This document shows, piece after piece, positions 62,252 through 64,000 of a stretch of 64,000 nucleotides of DNA. The notes beneath the pieces were generated by a model that searched no databases, was not told the origin of the DNA, and saw only the letters and a list, made by a program, of their open reading frames with translations. This stretch comes from Octopus sinensis (Eukaryota), in NCBI RefSeq assembly GCF_006345805.1, contig NC_043006.1:5890001-5954000 (forward strand), read 5' to 3'. A program made the translations under genes and the position numbers. The number at the start of each line of letters is the position of its first letter. Position 1 is the stretch's first letter.

Positions 62252-62907
62252 TATCACATGCAGAGAACTCTATCCTTTCACACAATCCTTCTCTCTCCTC
62301 ATTTTTTTCTTTTTATCAGACATTAACTAAACAGTATTTATTATATTTTGCGTCTAACTACCATAATTTAAAAATAAAAGTAAGAGAAAATACACTGATA
62401 CATTTATAGAATGAAACGAAAATACTGAATAACTCTCATGCACTTTATGCAGACTTGTGTATTCCATATAGACACTACATGTATTACGTAATTTGCATAC
62501 TCCATATAAACGTAACATGCATTACATACACATTCTATATACACACCTCACTAGAAAAGTGAGGTGTGTCAGAGTTTAATATTTTGGGAATAAACTTAAA
62601 TTACCCCACTTTACTTTAAACGTCACAGCTAAAAGAATATCAACTAACCAAAGAAGACTTACCAAAGATTCGATCTTTTCAGCTAAATAAACAAATAACT
62701 TAGAATGCGATGGAATATTTTTGTCGAAAACAAAAGCATAATTAAAATAATATTAACGATAGCCACAATATGGTTTATTGAATAGTTGAATATTTCAGTC
62801 TGTGGTAGTACGTCTTATCGGTTAATTCATGAAGATTTGGAGTCAGTTCTTACTGATGCCTGGATTTTAGTACTCTTTATTTCATTTTTGCATACACCTA
62901 AGTAACT

Positions 62908-63102
62908 TTTTTCTTTACCTGTTTCAATCATTTGGCTGTGGCCATGCTGGATCGACCCCAGGACTTATTCTTTGGAAGCCTAGTACTTATTATATCGGTC
63001 TCTTTTTGCCGAACCGCTAAGTTACGGGAACGTAAACACACTAGCATCGGTTGTCAAGCGATTTTTTTTTTGGGGGGGGGACAAACACAGACACACAAAC
63101 AT

Positions 63103-63154
<52 letters not shown>

Positions 63155-63313
63155 ACACACGGCGGGCTTCTTTCAGTTTCCGTCTACCAAATCCACTCAC
63201 AAGGCTTTGGTCGGCCCGAAGCCATAGTAGAAGACACATGCCCAAGGTGTCACGTAGTGGGACTGAACCCAGAACCATGTGGTTGGTAAGCAAGCTACTT
63301 ACCACACAACCAC
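62908..63313 (-). mobile_element. SINE family A, full-length with small tail deletion
   Basis: Reverse-complement consensus match. Confidence 0.92.
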
Positions 63314-63430
63314 ATCAAATTAAATTCTTGGTACATTGTTTTAAATCTAAATTCAAAACCTAGTGCTAGATATAATAAACCCATCTGCCTTTTGAGATTT
63401 TAAGCATTAAGTTGACAATATTTCACCAAA

Positions 63431-63570
63431 CTTTCGGCCGAGGTTGACTCTGCCTTTCATCCTTTAGGGGTCAATAAAATAAGTACCAGTTGAACACTGG
63501 GGTCTATGTAATCGACTCATTCTATTACCCGAACTTGTTGACCTTGAGCCAAAATTTGAAATCAATATTT
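63431..63570 (+). mobile_element. SINE family B older subtype, 5'-truncated
   Basis: GCCGAGGTTGACTCTGCCTTTCATCCTTTAGGGGTCAATAAAATAAGTACCAG..CCAAAATTTGAAATCAATA. Confidence 0.8.
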
Positions 63571-64000
63571 TACCAAATTCCAGTCAAATCTAGAACATTT
63601 CTTTTTGTTCGTTTTCAGTGTTTATATCATCTAATACAGAGTTGTTTAAATTGCAAATTAATTGAAAATCAATAATATATTAGGAGTGATATAGGGTGGT
63701 ATGACCAAAACTACCTCATTTTGGAGATGGCACTGAAACGTGGCCATCAACATGACTAAAAACCAAACTCTAAAATCACTACAATATAATTATAAAAGTG
63801 CAGAAGTTCACAGTGTTTTAGGTCGATAATACCAGGCATTCATTAATTTCCATTCTTTTAAAAACCTCCGAGTCATATTTGATCATAAAGCTGAAAGAAA
63901 ACTCGTTATCTCTTACAGAAATTGACTCTGAAGAAAGTTTCAGATAAACAAATAGGATATCTTGGAGACATTTCGTCATAATTTAGATTATAATTGATAA

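Overview
AT-rich, repeat-saturated eukaryotic DNA with no confidently identifiable host gene. It is most likely intronic or intergenic sequence of an octopod cephalopod, judged from recalled Octopus SINE families and not database-verified. Contents: decayed non-LTR retrotransposons (RTE, CR1, R4/Dong with restriction-like endonuclease, Tx1/L1, Penelope), several tRNA-derived SINE families (some with clean target-site duplications), three non-autonomous Helitron ends or elements, pogo/Tigger, mariner, hAT and piggyBac-type remnants, a ~957-bp tandem duplication and many microsatellites. Nearly all listed ORFs are microsatellite artefacts or TE fragments. The most notable signal is a tRNA-headed (Pol III A/B box) element at ~37800-38136 carrying an intact-looking minimal type I hammerhead ribozyme of the Penelope/retrozyme kind, plus two degenerate hammerhead-like motifs elsewhere. 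Other points of interest: a shared 3' tail linking one SINE family to a CR1 LINE, Dong elements tied to (TAA)n tracts, a microsatellite born inside a Dong endonuclease motif, and SINE-into-SINE tandem insertion. Coordinates were read by eye and may be off by a few bases; TE clade calls rest on remembered protein motifs.
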